Notes under the pieces: model-generated
Told to the model about the DNA's origin: nothing
The model's input: only the letters and a program-made list of their open reading frames with translations
Database searches by the model: none
From: Escherichia phage Ec_Makalu_003
Sequence record: MN882349.1
DNA length: 64,000 nucleotides
Direction: 5' to 3' (one strand)
Program-made: the position numbers and the translations under genes
Shown here: in pieces, positions 9,550 through 19,463 of the stretch
Numbering within the stretch: position 1 is the stretch's first letter
Layout: each line of letters opens with the position of its first letter

Positions 9550-11279
9550 ATGACGCATTAACATCATTTCGCGGGATGCGCAAGGAAGCGGAAGAAAACC
9601 CGATTGATAAACTTAACAAATTAGATAAACTTGATTCTATTGATAATTTGCAAGCCGCGACCGAATTGGTAGCGGAGACAGTAGAACAAAAATCTAATGA
9701 AGTTGTTGGTGCGGTAGAGGATAACACCGCAGCCAACGAATTGACGGCAGAAAATACACAATCTACCGCTGGCAATACCCAAAAAACTTATGAAGAATTG
9801 CAAAAACTCAATAATTTCTCTTCTCAGATGAATGAGAAATTACGTGGTTTTGGTGTTATGATGGAACGTAGATTTGGTGTTGTCAGTAAAATGGCTAGTG
9901 GTATTGGTGCGATTGAAGAAGCACTGAAAAAACCGGAACAACCGCAAACAATGCCATCACCTCAGCCAGTTTTGCCTACTGTACCTGAACAGCCTAATAA
10001 TGACAACTATCAAGGTCTTCCAAAGAAAAAACCAGATGTTGATGACCGAAAGAAAAAGAACGCCACAGATAAGCGTAATGCGGATTCTATGGAAAATCTT
10101 CTTAAAGTTGTTCGTGGAGGATTTAAAGAAACCATAGGTATCTCTAATAAGGTCTTAGGGATGTTATTTAAGATCACTTTGACCGCTATGGCAGAAGCCG
10201 CAAAATGGGGTGCTATTTTGATGGGTATTGTTTTTGTCATTGATACCCTGATGGTTCATTTCAGATATTGGAGCGATTTATTCGAGACAAAATTCAGTGA
10301 ATTTATGGATAAGGCCGGAGATTGGGCTGGTCCTATTAGCGATATTTTAACTACTGTTCGTCAGGTTAGAGATTATTGGTCTAAAGGAGAATATAAAGAA
10401 TTAATTAAATCGCTGGTTATGGGTATTGGTGATGCATTCTATAAAACCTTTATCCAACTTGATCGAATTATCACTACTGGTATTGCTAAAATTCTTCGCA
10501 TGATCCCTGGTATGGGTGATTATGCCGATAATTTAGAATACGGTGCTTTAAAGTCTGCTGTTGCTAAAGGCTATAAGCCAAATGACCGAGAACTCGAATT
10601 AATGGATAAGATCGAGTCTGAACACGAAGAAGACAAATATGGAGAGCGCACAGGATGGACAGGAAAAGCCCGTGATATTGGCGAGGCCATAGGCGAATCT
10701 ATTAAAGATAAATTTAATGAAGGTCTTGTTAGTCTGGGCTGGAGAGATCAAAAGGATGTTGACGCAGAGAAACGACAAGAAGAATTAAAACGCGGGGAAT
10801 ACAAGTCTGTTTCTGCTGAACAACGATCTGCTAGTCGTAAACTTAAAATTAAAAGCGAGGGAGCGATCAATAATATTAATGAAGTTATGGAGAATTTGAG
10901 CGGTGACTATGACAAAGAAAGAATGGAAGAGTTGAAAAAGGATATTGATGTTTACCGTGAGCAAGTTCAAGATCCTACATTAGTTGAAAGTGATCGTTCT
11001 CAGTTAGAGCGTCTTATTGAAAAATTTGATGAGATGTATGCTGATAAAACTAAGGGTGTGGTTCCAACTAATCCTGTTCCTGCAACTGAAACGGAAACAG
11101 CAAAACAAGCGGAACGTACTGAACAAATGCAGAAACAAGCTGCAATCCAGCAACAAACGACAAATCAGACCTCAAACGTAAATAATACACAAATTGTAAC
11201 AAACAATAGAACTATTAAACAGGGTGCACCAACAACTAGAATTGATGCCCCCGGTACAATTAATATGGGGAACTTTTAA
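9546..11279 (+). CDS. 29: baseplate hub / tail length determinator gp29
   Basis: 577 aa; size and position as T4 gp29; hydrophobic central segment. Confidence 0.75.
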   Translation: MNDALTSFRGMRKEAEENPIDKLNKLDKLDSIDNLQAATELVAETVEQKSNEVVGAVEDNTAANELTAENTQSTAGNTQKTYEELQKLNNFSSQMNEKLRGFGVMMERRFGVVSKMASGIGAIEEALKKPEQPQTMPSPQPVLPTVPEQPNNDNYQGLPKKKPDVDDRKKKNATDKRNADSMENLLKVVRGGFKETIGISNKVLGMLFKITLTAMAEAAKWGAILMGIVFVIDTLMVHFRYWSDLFETKFSEFMDKAGDWAGPISDILTTVRQVRDYWSKGEYKELIKSLVMGIGDAFYKTFIQLDRIITTGIAKILRMIPGMGDYADNLEYGALKSAVAKGYKPNDRELELMDKIESEHEEDKYGERTGWTGKARDIGEAIGESIKDKFNEGLVSLGWRDQKDVDAEKRQEELKRGEYKSVSAEQRSASRKLKIKSEGAINNINEVMENLSGDYDKERMEELKKDIDVYREQVQDPTLVESDRSQLERLIEKFDEMYADKTKGVVPTNPVPATETETAKQAERTEQMQKQAAIQQQTTNQTSNVNNTQIVTNNRTIKQGAPTTRIDAPGTINMGNF

Positions 11280-12337
11280 TGAAAATTAGTGTTATCAATG
11301 ATGCCGTTGATAGCTTTAAAGCGGGGGTTAAAACCTCCGCTGGTTTTACCTCAAAAAATAAAGGGAAAACATTAACCGCTCAATTCCCCGCTGAACGTGC
11401 TAGCGGTAATGATGCTAGCGGTTATTATATCAACGACTTATATAATAATGGTCTGTTATTCACTGCATACGATTATACATCTCGTACTACCGGATCGTTG
11501 CGTGATTTCAGGAAAAAGAAAAATGTTGCTAGTGGTTTTGGTGGTAGCGTTAATATCGCTGGTTTTGATTTAAATTTGGGTGGAAGAAATGCTGCATTTG
11601 ACCGAGAGGCAATTGCTAATATTCTTCTTCCTCGTAGTCAATCTGACGTTGACGCTGCTAGCCATAAGTTTAATGATGTTGGTGAATCTGTTATTTCTCG
11701 CGGTGGTGGTACTTTAGGGGGTGCTCTTTCTAATATGGCATCTACTGCCGTTTTTGGTGGTATCGAAAGTATTACTGGTGGATATCTTGCCGATCACGGT
11801 GAACAGATTTATAATACTGCTCGAAGCATGTATGCTGGTGCTGACGCACGAACTAAAAACTACGTATGGCATCTAACCCCACGTAGTATTGAAGACCTTC
11901 GCAATATTCTAATCATATACGAAACGTTTTTAGAATTGTCTTATGGTTCTAGTGGTATTTCCAGCACCGCAAAAGAATTAAAAGCGGAAGTTGATGCGTG
12001 GTATAAAAATACACTATTGAGAAAATCCACCCCAGAGGAAGCGAAGAGAAATGATACTCTGTTTGAAGGGATCACCGATTTTCTATCAAACGTAATTACT
12101 GTATCTAACCCGACAATATGGATGATCTCTAACTTCGGCAAGCGTACATCGTTTGAAGGGCGTAGCGATGCATTTGGTCCCGCTCAGATCTCAAGTGTAC
12201 GTCTGGACAAGTCGCCTGATGGTAAGTTTAATGGCCTTGCTATTTCTCCTAACTTGCCGAGTACCTTTGTTCTGGAAGTATCATTTAGAGAGATCTTGAC
12301 ACTTTCCCGTGGTACTATATTTGGGAGTGCGGCATAA
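11279..12337 (+). CDS. 48: baseplate tail tube cap gp48
   Basis: 352 aa in T4 order. Confidence 0.75.
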   Translation: MKISVINDAVDSFKAGVKTSAGFTSKNKGKTLTAQFPAERASGNDASGYYINDLYNNGLLFTAYDYTSRTTGSLRDFRKKKNVASGFGGSVNIAGFDLNLGGRNAAFDREAIANILLPRSQSDVDAASHKFNDVGESVISRGGGTLGGALSNMASTAVFGGIESITGGYLADHGEQIYNTARSMYAGADARTKNYVWHLTPRSIEDLRNILIIYETFLELSYGSSGISSTAKELKAEVDAWYKNTLLRKSTPEEAKRNDTLFEGITDFLSNVITVSNPTIWMISNFGKRTSFEGRSDAFGPAQISSVRLDKSPDGKFNGLAISPNLPSTFVLEVSFREILTLSRGTIFGSAA

Positions 12338-13269
12338 TGTTTGATTTAAATGACTTTAACGAACAAGCCGCTAACCTTGACTTTCAGCGATCTAACTTAT
12401 TCAGCGTGGCATTTGCCACCACTCCAAGTAATAAGACACAAGCGATCCTAGAAAGTATGGGCGGTGCGGTATATGATATTATACCAAATGCATTAAATGA
12501 CTATTTCGGGATTACTCGTGGTGATTATACTGACGCATTAACAAATCTTGCTGTACAGGGTGTTAGGCGTGCTGTTGATTCATCCGGTGTCAAAAAGTAT
12601 CTTTTAGGTGCAATGTCATCCCGCGTAGTTCAATCTCTTCTGGGGCAATTTGATGTTGGTACATATGCGCTTGACTGGTTCAATATGGCATATAAGACAA
12701 GCGGTCTTCTGGTGTATGCTGTTAAGGTTCCAGAAAACAGATTGAATTATGAAATAGACCGCAACCACAATGCGCCAAACATTCGAATTACGGGACGTGA
12801 TTTTGATCCGCTTGTATTGAGCTTTAGAATGGACTCTAGCGCATCAAACTATAGAGCAATGCAGGATTGGGTTAACTCAGTAGAAGACCCCGTTACAGGG
12901 CTTCGTGCGCTTCCTGTTGACGTTGAAGCAGATATTCAGGTTAACTTACATAACCGAATGGGAGTTCCTCACACGATCATGATGTTTAATGGTTGTGTTC
13001 CTGTTGGTGTGAGTGCACCGGAATTAACCTATGAAAATAACAACGAAATTACAACATTCGATGTTACTTTTGCGTATAGGACTATGCAAACTGGTGCTGT
13101 AGGAGAGCAAGCCGCGCGAGAATGGATTGAGGATAAGGCAATAAACGCAATAACAAACACTTTCGGCAACAATTTACTTGATAGTGGGTTATCTGCTGCT
13201 GGTAATGCTTTATCGCGTCTAAATGGCGTCGGTGGGCGTGTGGTGAATACTGTCACTAACTGGTTCTGA
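12337..13269 (+). CDS. 54: baseplate tail tube initiator gp54
   Basis: 310 aa; last gene of the hub block. Confidence 0.75.
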   Translation: MFDLNDFNEQAANLDFQRSNLFSVAFATTPSNKTQAILESMGGAVYDIIPNALNDYFGITRGDYTDALTNLAVQGVRRAVDSSGVKKYLLGAMSSRVVQSLLGQFDVGTYALDWFNMAYKTSGLLVYAVKVPENRLNYEIDRNHNAPNIRITGRDFDPLVLSFRMDSSASNYRAMQDWVNSVEDPVTGLRALPVDVEADIQVNLHNRMGVPHTIMMFNGCVPVGVSAPELTYENNNEITTFDVTFAYRTMQTGAVGEQAAREWIEDKAINAITNTFGNNLLDSGLSAAGNALSRLNGVGGRVVNTVTNWF

Positions 13270-13277
13270 TAAGCGAA

Positions 13278-13310
13278 AGGCGGGGGACAATCCCCCGCCT
13301 TTTTATTTTG
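13278..13310. terminator. bidirectional rho-independent terminator
   Basis: aggcgggggacaatcccccgcct hairpin with T-runs on both sides. Confidence 0.6.
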
Positions 13311-13788
13311 CTAAATCATTGCAATATTTTAGTGCCTTAGTTTGAAACTCTGCGCTGTTAAGTTCTTCATAACGGTCATAATCACCGTTTAATGCTGCCT
13401 TTCTTGCTTCTTGTTCTATCTGCATGTCAGACATGATAATACAACGATCCCGCGATTTCATCTTCTCAAGTTGTATAGACTCTTCTTGTTGCTTGCGCAA
13501 TTCTTCTTGATGCTTCTTTTCTTCTCGTGCTTTCTCTTCCCGCGCTTCTTTGATTGCATCTTTGAACATCTGCGTTTGTGGTGCTAAACCAACTTTAACG
13601 CGATCCACGTCTCGACGTTCCATTTTAGAAATAAAACATGATTCGATCTGGTCATCGCTTGCATATGCTGCTTTACATTCACGAAGCAAGAAAACCGGAT
13701 CTGATTTAGCATTCATCATAGCTTCCATGTTAGTACAACCAGTAAGCATGAATGCAGCCGCAAGACCAATCAGTTTAATCATTTTCAT
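13303..13788 (-). CDS. lipoprotein, 161 aa
   Basis: signal peptide with lipobox LTGC; charged coiled-coil-like C-terminus. Confidence 0.6.
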   Translation of the reverse strand: MKMIKLIGLAAAFMLTGCTNMEAMMNAKSDPVFLLRECKAAYASDDQIESCFISKMERRDVDRVKVGLAPQTQMFKDAIKEAREEKAREEKKHQEELRKQQEESIQLEKMKSRDRCIIMSDMQIEQEARKAALNGDYDRYEELNSAEFQTKALKYCNDLAK

Positions 13789-14609
13789 TTAGTCACCTCA
13801 CCGAAAATTGTAAATTGTCTACGATTCTCATCGCCGAAAGATTCTACTACGTCGTTTACCTTGATGCAAGTCCCGCGCGGTAAAATTACTTCACATTCGC
13901 AAGGATTCCATGCAATAGACCCAACAACAAAACCTTTATGATCTTTTACGTCAATTACCCATGATACATTACAAGAATGTTGCATCTTTCCGGTCATTGA
14001 TTCATATCGATTCTCACAATAAAGGCTAGTGCTGTTTGAAAGCCATCCTCCAAAGATGATCGGTGTCATGCTGGTCGATACAAAGTTTTTAAAGGTAAAT
14101 TCCTTATCTTCAATAATACGCTCTATTGTCTGAATGTCAAGATGTTGACCGCGATAAAGAGTACCGTTTAACTTTTCGGTTTTATCCATGACACAATCCA
14201 TCAAATCGACAATCTCTGATATCTCATCGGTCATGTCTTCTTCCCCTAAGAGAGCACCATTTACCCATTCGTATTGTTCAGACACATAATCGCAGATTGC
14301 ATTATATTCTGCTGGGGTTATGTTGTTATGTTTGTAATGTTTGAATACATTATCTCCAAAATCTTCGGAATGTACTTCATACATCACATTAATGATTTTC
14401 TTGACAAATCCATAATCTTGCGTTTCTCGCTCAAGGAAACGGATAACTTTCACGTAATCATCAAAGTTAATATGATCGCTGATCATTTCAGTGATCATGT
14501 AACCATTAATCCCCTCAATGCCATATGTTTCGATGTAATTATCCATACGTTCCATCATTGATTCGCGTGATTCTTCGGAAAGGCGAAAATCCTGTAATTT
14601 CTTGAACAT
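13785..14609 (-). CDS. Alt-like ADP-ribosyltransferase paralogue
   Basis: R-S-E triad: LYRGQ, FVSTSMTPIIFGGW, CECEVILPRG, parallel to the motifs in the adjacent Alt. Confidence 0.7.
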   Translation of the reverse strand: MFKKLQDFRLSEESRESMMERMDNYIETYGIEGINGYMITEMISDHINFDDYVKVIRFLERETQDYGFVKKIINVMYEVHSEDFGDNVFKHYKHNNITPAEYNAICDYVSEQYEWVNGALLGEEDMTDEISEIVDLMDCVMDKTEKLNGTLYRGQHLDIQTIERIIEDKEFTFKNFVSTSMTPIIFGGWLSNSTSLYCENRYESMTGKMQHSCNVSWVIDVKDHKGFVVGSIAWNPCECEVILPRGTCIKVNDVVESFGDENRRQFTIFGEVTK

Positions 14610-14624
14610 TTTAAATCTCCCATA

Positions 14625-14660
14625 TAACAGAAAACGGGGCTAGTATAAAACTAGTCCCCG
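14625..14660 (-). terminator. terminator-like hairpin after alt
   Basis: perfect 10-bp stem cggggctagt/actagtccccg followed on the minus strand by a U-rich run. Confidence 0.5.
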
Positions 14661-14687
14661 TTTGAGTCAACCATTATTTCTTAAAAA

Positions 14688-16739
14688 TTACATTTTAAAT
14701 TTATCCGGCATAGCGTCTACAGACACAAGATCAGCGATAAGCTGACGTAGAGTTGCCTTATCTGCTTTCTTACGTTCGGTTTTAGCTTCGGTAATGAAGC
14801 TGGAGAAAGACAGGTCAGAAGCAGGTTTAACAACACCTTCACGGATGAATGCATCACCGTCCGCGATCATCTCACCAGATTCTTGTAATGCTGCCAGTTC
14901 ATTTTTGTTCATAATATGTGCCTCAATGTAATAAGTTTCTTGTGAATCCGTCGATGCCGTAGCACGAGTTACCGTATCAAAGGATAACACAACACCGCGA
15001 GGAAGTAAAATCTCGCATTCTTTGTAAGCAAATGCTTTGTTACCTACTGGCAATACAGGGATGTTTTCCGCGCCAGCAATGGAGAAAGCAACATTAGCGC
15101 CACCTTCACCGCGAGATCCAGCCATAGAATCAACACCAGCAACGGCACTAGCCACGTTTGCATTCCATCCACCAAAAATATTAGGTGCAAGGGAAGTGCT
15201 CACATAGTTTTTAAAGTAAAACGCTTTTTGCTTACGTGCAGTTTCCCACATTTGAGAACGGAAGTCCATACCACGATACAAGATAGTACCTGGATCAAGT
15301 TTAACACCATAGTTAGCAAATGCGTTATCCAGTGCATCACACATCTTGACCAATTCTTCTGGGTCTGCGATGCCTTCAAACTCTTCCAGCTTACGGTCGG
15401 TTAGGAAGTTGTTCATATTGATGTATGCTGCATCCGCATATTCGCTCAACACAAAACCTTCCGCGCCAGGCAGATCAAGATCAATATCTGCCATCATTTC
15501 ACCCATGTTGCTAGCAATTGCTTCAAACATACCGGAAGCAACATTACGCAGGGCATCGGTTTTAATCTGCGTGATGTGACTACGCAGCATTTCAGCTTTT
15601 ACATCTGCTGGCATAGACTGGTCGACGCGATCCATTGCCAGGGCGGTGATCTTGTTTTCGAATACTTCCTCGCTCATGATTTCTTTTAAGCGTTTGATTG
15701 ATGCTGCGATAACTTCCGCAGACAACGGATCATATTGATCCTGAACTTTTACCAGTTCGCTTACTGCATATTTTGCATCGGCTTCGCTTTCAAAAATAGT
15801 ACGCATGAAACCATAGCGAGTGATAATATCACTTGTCCAGTCATTCAGAGAACGGGCGGTTGAACGTTCTAAGGCTTGACGGTCAATCAGAGTATTAAAC
15901 TGTTTCTTAGGTTCTGCTTCGGTGATATCTTCTTCCGGTTTAAGATTAATTTTTTCTGGATGATTCACATAGTCGCTGTTATAGGTCGCTTGAGTTTTCA
16001 GCATTTCTTCTTTAGTCAAACGAGATTTAGCCGCTACGCGTTGTTCTGCTTCCGCGTTTCGTTCTTCTTCCGACACAAGACTAGCCGCATACGCCTCATC
16101 TTTAGTCAGAGATTCACCAGTAGCCTTAGATACCCAGCGATCACCTAAATCACTTTCTACTTTAGTGAACAGGGATTCATCGAGTTTAATCCCTTTAATC
16201 TTATCAATCGCCATCCCGCGACGTTTGACAACAACTAAAGCGATCTTTTTGCTGGTCATTACTTCCTGCTGGAATACTTCAAACTTCGGTGTACGACGCA
16301 CCAAACGCTCTATAACGCGCTTAACCAGTTCGGTCTTACCTTTCATGCGGGATACGTTAAAACGGAACATAACAGCGTCTAATTGCGCTTTACGGGCTGT
16401 TTCCATGACCACATCAAAAGCACTTGACATAACTGCAATCGGGTTATCTCCTAGACCATTTTTAAGCTGTACAATACGACCGCTTTTGTTCATTTCGCAC
16501 AGTACAACATGTGCGGTCTTGTCACCCATACGAATGATTTTAGGTGTTTTGTTGGTGAAGTTACAAAGACGGACAATCACATCTTTATCGCGTGTCTGTA
16601 CTGCAAAAAGCTGTTTAGGATTCTGCTTAGGCTTTAAGCACTGTACCGGAGCAATACTGCCAAAGTTTTCTTCCTCTTCCGTCAACAGCCATTTCTCGAA
16701 AGATTCAATCATTAGATCGTCGATTTCTAAGTTAAACAT
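14688..16739 (-). CDS. alt: Alt ADP-ribosyltransferase
   Basis: 683 aa (T4 Alt is about 682); R-S-E motifs LYRGMDFR, YVSTSLAPNIFGGW, KECEILLPRG; T4 position. Confidence 0.8.
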   Translation of the reverse strand: MFNLEIDDLMIESFEKWLLTEEEENFGSIAPVQCLKPKQNPKQLFAVQTRDKDVIVRLCNFTNKTPKIIRMGDKTAHVVLCEMNKSGRIVQLKNGLGDNPIAVMSSAFDVVMETARKAQLDAVMFRFNVSRMKGKTELVKRVIERLVRRTPKFEVFQQEVMTSKKIALVVVKRRGMAIDKIKGIKLDESLFTKVESDLGDRWVSKATGESLTKDEAYAASLVSEEERNAEAEQRVAAKSRLTKEEMLKTQATYNSDYVNHPEKINLKPEEDITEAEPKKQFNTLIDRQALERSTARSLNDWTSDIITRYGFMRTIFESEADAKYAVSELVKVQDQYDPLSAEVIAASIKRLKEIMSEEVFENKITALAMDRVDQSMPADVKAEMLRSHITQIKTDALRNVASGMFEAIASNMGEMMADIDLDLPGAEGFVLSEYADAAYINMNNFLTDRKLEEFEGIADPEELVKMCDALDNAFANYGVKLDPGTILYRGMDFRSQMWETARKQKAFYFKNYVSTSLAPNIFGGWNANVASAVAGVDSMAGSRGEGGANVAFSIAGAENIPVLPVGNKAFAYKECEILLPRGVVLSFDTVTRATASTDSQETYYIEAHIMNKNELAALQESGEMIADGDAFIREGVVKPASDLSFSSFITEAKTERKKADKATLRQLIADLVSVDAMPDKFKM

Positions 16740-16806
16740 TTTATATCCTCTAGTTGATAACCTATAAACCTATATTTATGAAAAAGGGGCTTAACACCCC
16801 CATTTA

Positions 16807-17019
16807 TTATAATGCACCATCGAGCAATTGCTCTAAGGTGTATCCTGAATAGTCTTTTTCAATCAGGATATATTTTCCTACTCGTTTAATACAACCGCGC
16901 ATTTCAACGTATTCTGCGTAGTTGATGGTGCGAGTTGTTCCATCTTCTAGTAAAGCAGTACCGATTTCGTTAATGCGGTCATAAGTTACGTCGGTAATGA
17001 TGATTTCGATGTTAGCCAT
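16807..17019 (-). CDS. hypothetical protein, 70 aa
   Basis: ORF directly downstream of the PeSL promoter at 17050-17084. Confidence 0.45.
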   Translation of the reverse strand: MANIEIIITDVTYDRINEIGTALLEDGTTRTINYAEYVEMRGCIKRVGKYILIEKDYSGYTLEQLLDGAL

Positions 17020-17049
17020 TTGATACTCCTTAGTAGTTCGTTTCGGTAT

Positions 17050-17084
17050 GGGTGTATTATGATATACACCCTCTGTTATGTCAA
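17050..17084 (-). promoter_or_regulatory. early promoter with stem-loop (PeSL-like)
   Basis: minus strand reads TTGACA, then palindrome GGGTGTAT..ATACACCC around CATAAT, then conserved leader with AGGAG. Confidence 0.6.
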
Positions 17085-17090
17085 CAACTT

Positions 17091-17270
17091 TTAGAACATT
17101 TTTGAAATTAATTCTGCTTTGATTTCGCAGAGAACATCTAAAGATTTCTCGTCACCCGCTTTTGCTGCTTCTGCTTGCATTTTTGAAATGGCTTCAATGT
17201 CAGTGCAATTATAAGCCGCTTGAACTTTAGCGATTGCGATGATTGCCGATTCGATGGTTAAGTGTTTCAT
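17091..17270 (-). CDS. hypothetical protein, 59 aa
   Basis: ATG at 17270 preceded by AGGAGAATCAAAC; downstream of the PeSL at 17303. Confidence 0.4.
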   Translation of the reverse strand: MKHLTIESAIIAIAKVQAAYNCTDIEAISKMQAEAAKAGDEKSLDVLCEIKAELISKMF

Positions 17271-17302
17271 GTTTGATTCTCCTTTCGTTTCGGTATGTGT
17301 GC

Positions 17303-17331
17303 AGTATAGGGGATCGCCGATCCCCTGTCAA
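17303..17331 (-). promoter_or_regulatory. early promoter with stem-loop (PeSL)
   Basis: minus strand: TTGACA, 17-bp perfect palindrome GGGGATCGGCGATCCCC as the spacer, TATACT. Confidence 0.65.
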
Positions 17332-17338
17332 CAACTTT

Positions 17339-17857
17339 TTAGTTATTTTTTAATTGCTCATCTTGCAATAATGCAATCACATGCTGGCGATGTTCTTCCG
17401 ATTGAGGAACACCGAAAAAGTTTGTTTTGTAGAAATACTCTAATCGGTCTTCTCGTGTGCTCTCTTCCATCATGATCGCGGGTAGTCCAAGATTTCGGAA
17501 ACGTCGCTTTTCTGCTGGCGTAAAATCACTGTAATACAACATAGAATCATCATTACCAGCAATGCTAAACTCATCCTTCATAAAGGAGAATATTGCGTTT
17601 AAACGCTGTTTACCGTCCACGATTTCGATCTCATAGCGAGAGCCATCATCAATCTTAGCCATTGCGATAGCACCAACCGGAAAATCATTAATCAGGTTTT
17701 CGATAAACATACGTTTGTTTTCGGTGTCCCATACCAAAGGACGCTGATAATCTGGGTTCATGTTGATATAGCCATCTTCTAACCACGCCTCATAAACAGA
17801 GATGACAAAGTTTTTAGTATTGGTATAGTAACGGCGTTTAGGCGTTAAACGGTTCAT
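17339..17857 (-). CDS. DUF262 / ParB-like (DGQQR-type) domain protein
   Basis: motifs DYQRPLVWD and VDGKQRL; ATG at 17857 with AGGAGA inside the upstream gene end (track start 17893 is a TTG). Confidence 0.6.
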   Translation of the reverse strand: MNRLTPKRRYYTNTKNFVISVYEAWLEDGYINMNPDYQRPLVWDTENKRMFIENLINDFPVGAIAMAKIDDGSRYEIEIVDGKQRLNAIFSFMKDEFSIAGNDDSMLYYSDFTPAEKRRFRNLGLPAIMMEESTREDRLEYFYKTNFFGVPQSEEHRQHVIALLQDEQLKNN

Positions 17858-17858
17858 G

Positions 17859-18191
17859 TTATAGTCTCCTGAATGGATCATCACGTAAATCAATATCTTT
17901 TAAGAACTCATCCCATGAATGGCGGATAATGTTCTTAATTCTCCAGATAAGCGCAGGGATTGAACGCTCTCCCATCTGGAAGTAAGGATCATATGATCCA
18001 TATGCCCAATATGCTACTACAATTCCACAATCGGCGCAATAATATTCTATTTCACTTGCTGGCGACCAAAGTCCATCAATATGATCACGGATCTTGCTTT
18101 CGATGTTATGGCTATGGCAATCAGGGCAACGGATGCAATGACCTTGTTTATCGTAATTTGACGTTAGCGAATACTTAAACAATCTCATCAT
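17859..18191 (-). CDS. zinc-ribbon protein, 110 aa
   Basis: CIRCPDCHSH...YYCADCG; coupled to both neighbours. Confidence 0.5.
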   Translation of the reverse strand: MMRLFKYSLTSNYDKQGHCIRCPDCHSHNIESKIRDHIDGLWSPASEIEYYCADCGIVVAYWAYGSYDPYFQMGERSIPALIWRIKNIIRHSWDEFLKDIDLRDDPFRRL

Positions 18192-18904
18192 AGATCCTTA
18201 TTGGCTTCAAATACTGCCTTTGCGAATCCTCGCGGGGTAAGTGACCTGATAGTCTTTGTTCTGGTTCCTTTCCCGCCTAGCTTAGAATGCTGTTTACTGT
18301 ACCCTTTATTAATCTGCAACGGTTTCTTTTCTGGCATTATAAAGCCTTGTCCGGTCCATAAGCAAGTCTTTTTCGGGTACATATCACGGGCGGCAATATA
18401 CTCAGGAAACGTAGGATGCTTATCATCTTCCGGCAAATAACCGCCATATTCCCACGGATGGAACATGTAATCAGGCTTACGCCACATGCTAGAGATAACG
18501 CTTACAGGATTCTCTATCATGTAGGGAACTCCTAGCCATTCACCCAAATAAGCGGTTATTTTAGCTGCCCTTACATCATGAACTTGAATTAATGGTCCTT
18601 GTTCTCGTTTCTTTCGTTCAAAGTGCGCAGCGCCACTAACAGCTAAATTGGTGCATGGTGGGAATGCAAAGATAATATCCGGTTTCCCCCATTCAAGGTC
18701 CATTGCTCTTTCCAGCCAATTTAAATCAATCCATGTGTTTACATATGTAATGTTTGGATGTTCAAATCTGGTATTATATTTTTTGTATGTACCGTGGTCG
18801 CCATCGTCAGCATTAAAGCAGATCACCTTATGACCTGCTTTAGCCCATTCTAACCCCATTATCCCCGATCCGTCAAAGTTGCAGAATATTAATTTTTGTT
18901 TCAT
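18188..18904 (-). CDS. minimal C5-methyltransferase-fold protein
   Basis: motif I-like FCNFDGSGIMG, motif IV-like FAFPPCTNLAVSG, motif VI-like YMIENP; only 238 aa with no obvious target-recognition domain. Confidence 0.55.
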   Translation of the reverse strand: MKQKLIFCNFDGSGIMGLEWAKAGHKVICFNADDGDHGTYKKYNTRFEHPNITYVNTWIDLNWLERAMDLEWGKPDIIFAFPPCTNLAVSGAAHFERKKREQGPLIQVHDVRAAKITAYLGEWLGVPYMIENPVSVISSMWRKPDYMFHPWEYGGYLPEDDKHPTFPEYIAARDMYPKKTCLWTGQGFIMPEKKPLQINKGYSKQHSKLGGKGTRTKTIRSLTPRGFAKAVFEANKDL

Positions 18905-19146
18905 ATACGCCCCTTTAACCCAACACAGATTTTAGAAGGTTCTTTGCCGTGCCACATTAAGTAAATTCCGTTAATGCGTCCTTGTTTTGTATATGATTCT
19001 TTTCTGATCTTCTTATAGTGTCGTGCTTCCTCAGCCGATTGTTTAGAATGTCGATCATAAAGGAAGAGGAACAAAGGCCAACCATTAGCGGCCTTAATGC
19101 AGTTATTCAAAAATTCCTTATTTCGTTTAATTAATTTTCTTTTCAC
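18901..19146 (-). CDS. hypothetical basic protein, 81 aa
   Basis: ATGA-type overlap with both neighbours. Confidence 0.45.
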   Translation of the reverse strand: MKRKLIKRNKEFLNNCIKAANGWPLFLFLYDRHSKQSAEEARHYKKIRKESYTKQGRINGIYLMWHGKEPSKICVGLKGRI

Positions 19147-19394
19147 GCTGCCCCCATTGGTTTGATAGTAACAGAATCTAAAAGACCTTTGTTAGCCAGT
19201 TCGCGGCAAGTTTTCAGATCCGCAACTTCCCAGCCAGCCGCAATAAGGTTATCAATGAGGCTGTTAGCAACTTCTTCGCTCATGAAAGAGCACTGTTTGC
19301 CGATGGTGTAGCGTACACGCTGTAATTTCAGTTTACGGAAGCCTTTAACGTTCAGGTCTTTAGCGATTTTCTTTGCGGTTTCGATGTTAGCCAT
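19143..19394 (-). CDS. hypothetical protein, 83 aa
   Basis: first gene after the PeSL at 19435. Confidence 0.5.
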   Translation of the reverse strand: MANIETAKKIAKDLNVKGFRKLKLQRVRYTIGKQCSFMSEEVANSLIDNLIAAGWEVADLKTCRELANKGLLDSVTIKPMGAA

Positions 19395-19434
19395 TGTTTG
19401 ATTCTCCTAAGTGGTATCTCGTCTTGATGGTTGT

Positions 19435-19463
19435 ATTGTAGGGGAGTTATCCTCCCCTGTCAA
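19435..19463 (-). promoter_or_regulatory. early promoter with stem-loop (PeSL)
   Basis: TTGACA, spacer GGGGAGGATAACTCCCC, TACAAT. Confidence 0.6.

Noticed and set aside
13303-13788. Lipoprotein 13303..13788 as the o-spanin
   Set aside because: A better spanin pair (lipobox protein 29098..29550 plus TM/coiled-coil protein 29547..29870) sits at the conserved pseT-adjacent position; this one is left as a generic lipoprotein.
16740-16806. T4-type late promoter upstream of alt (CATAAATATA)
   Set aside because: The match to TATAAATA is imperfect (ATAAATA only), so it is not called as a feature.
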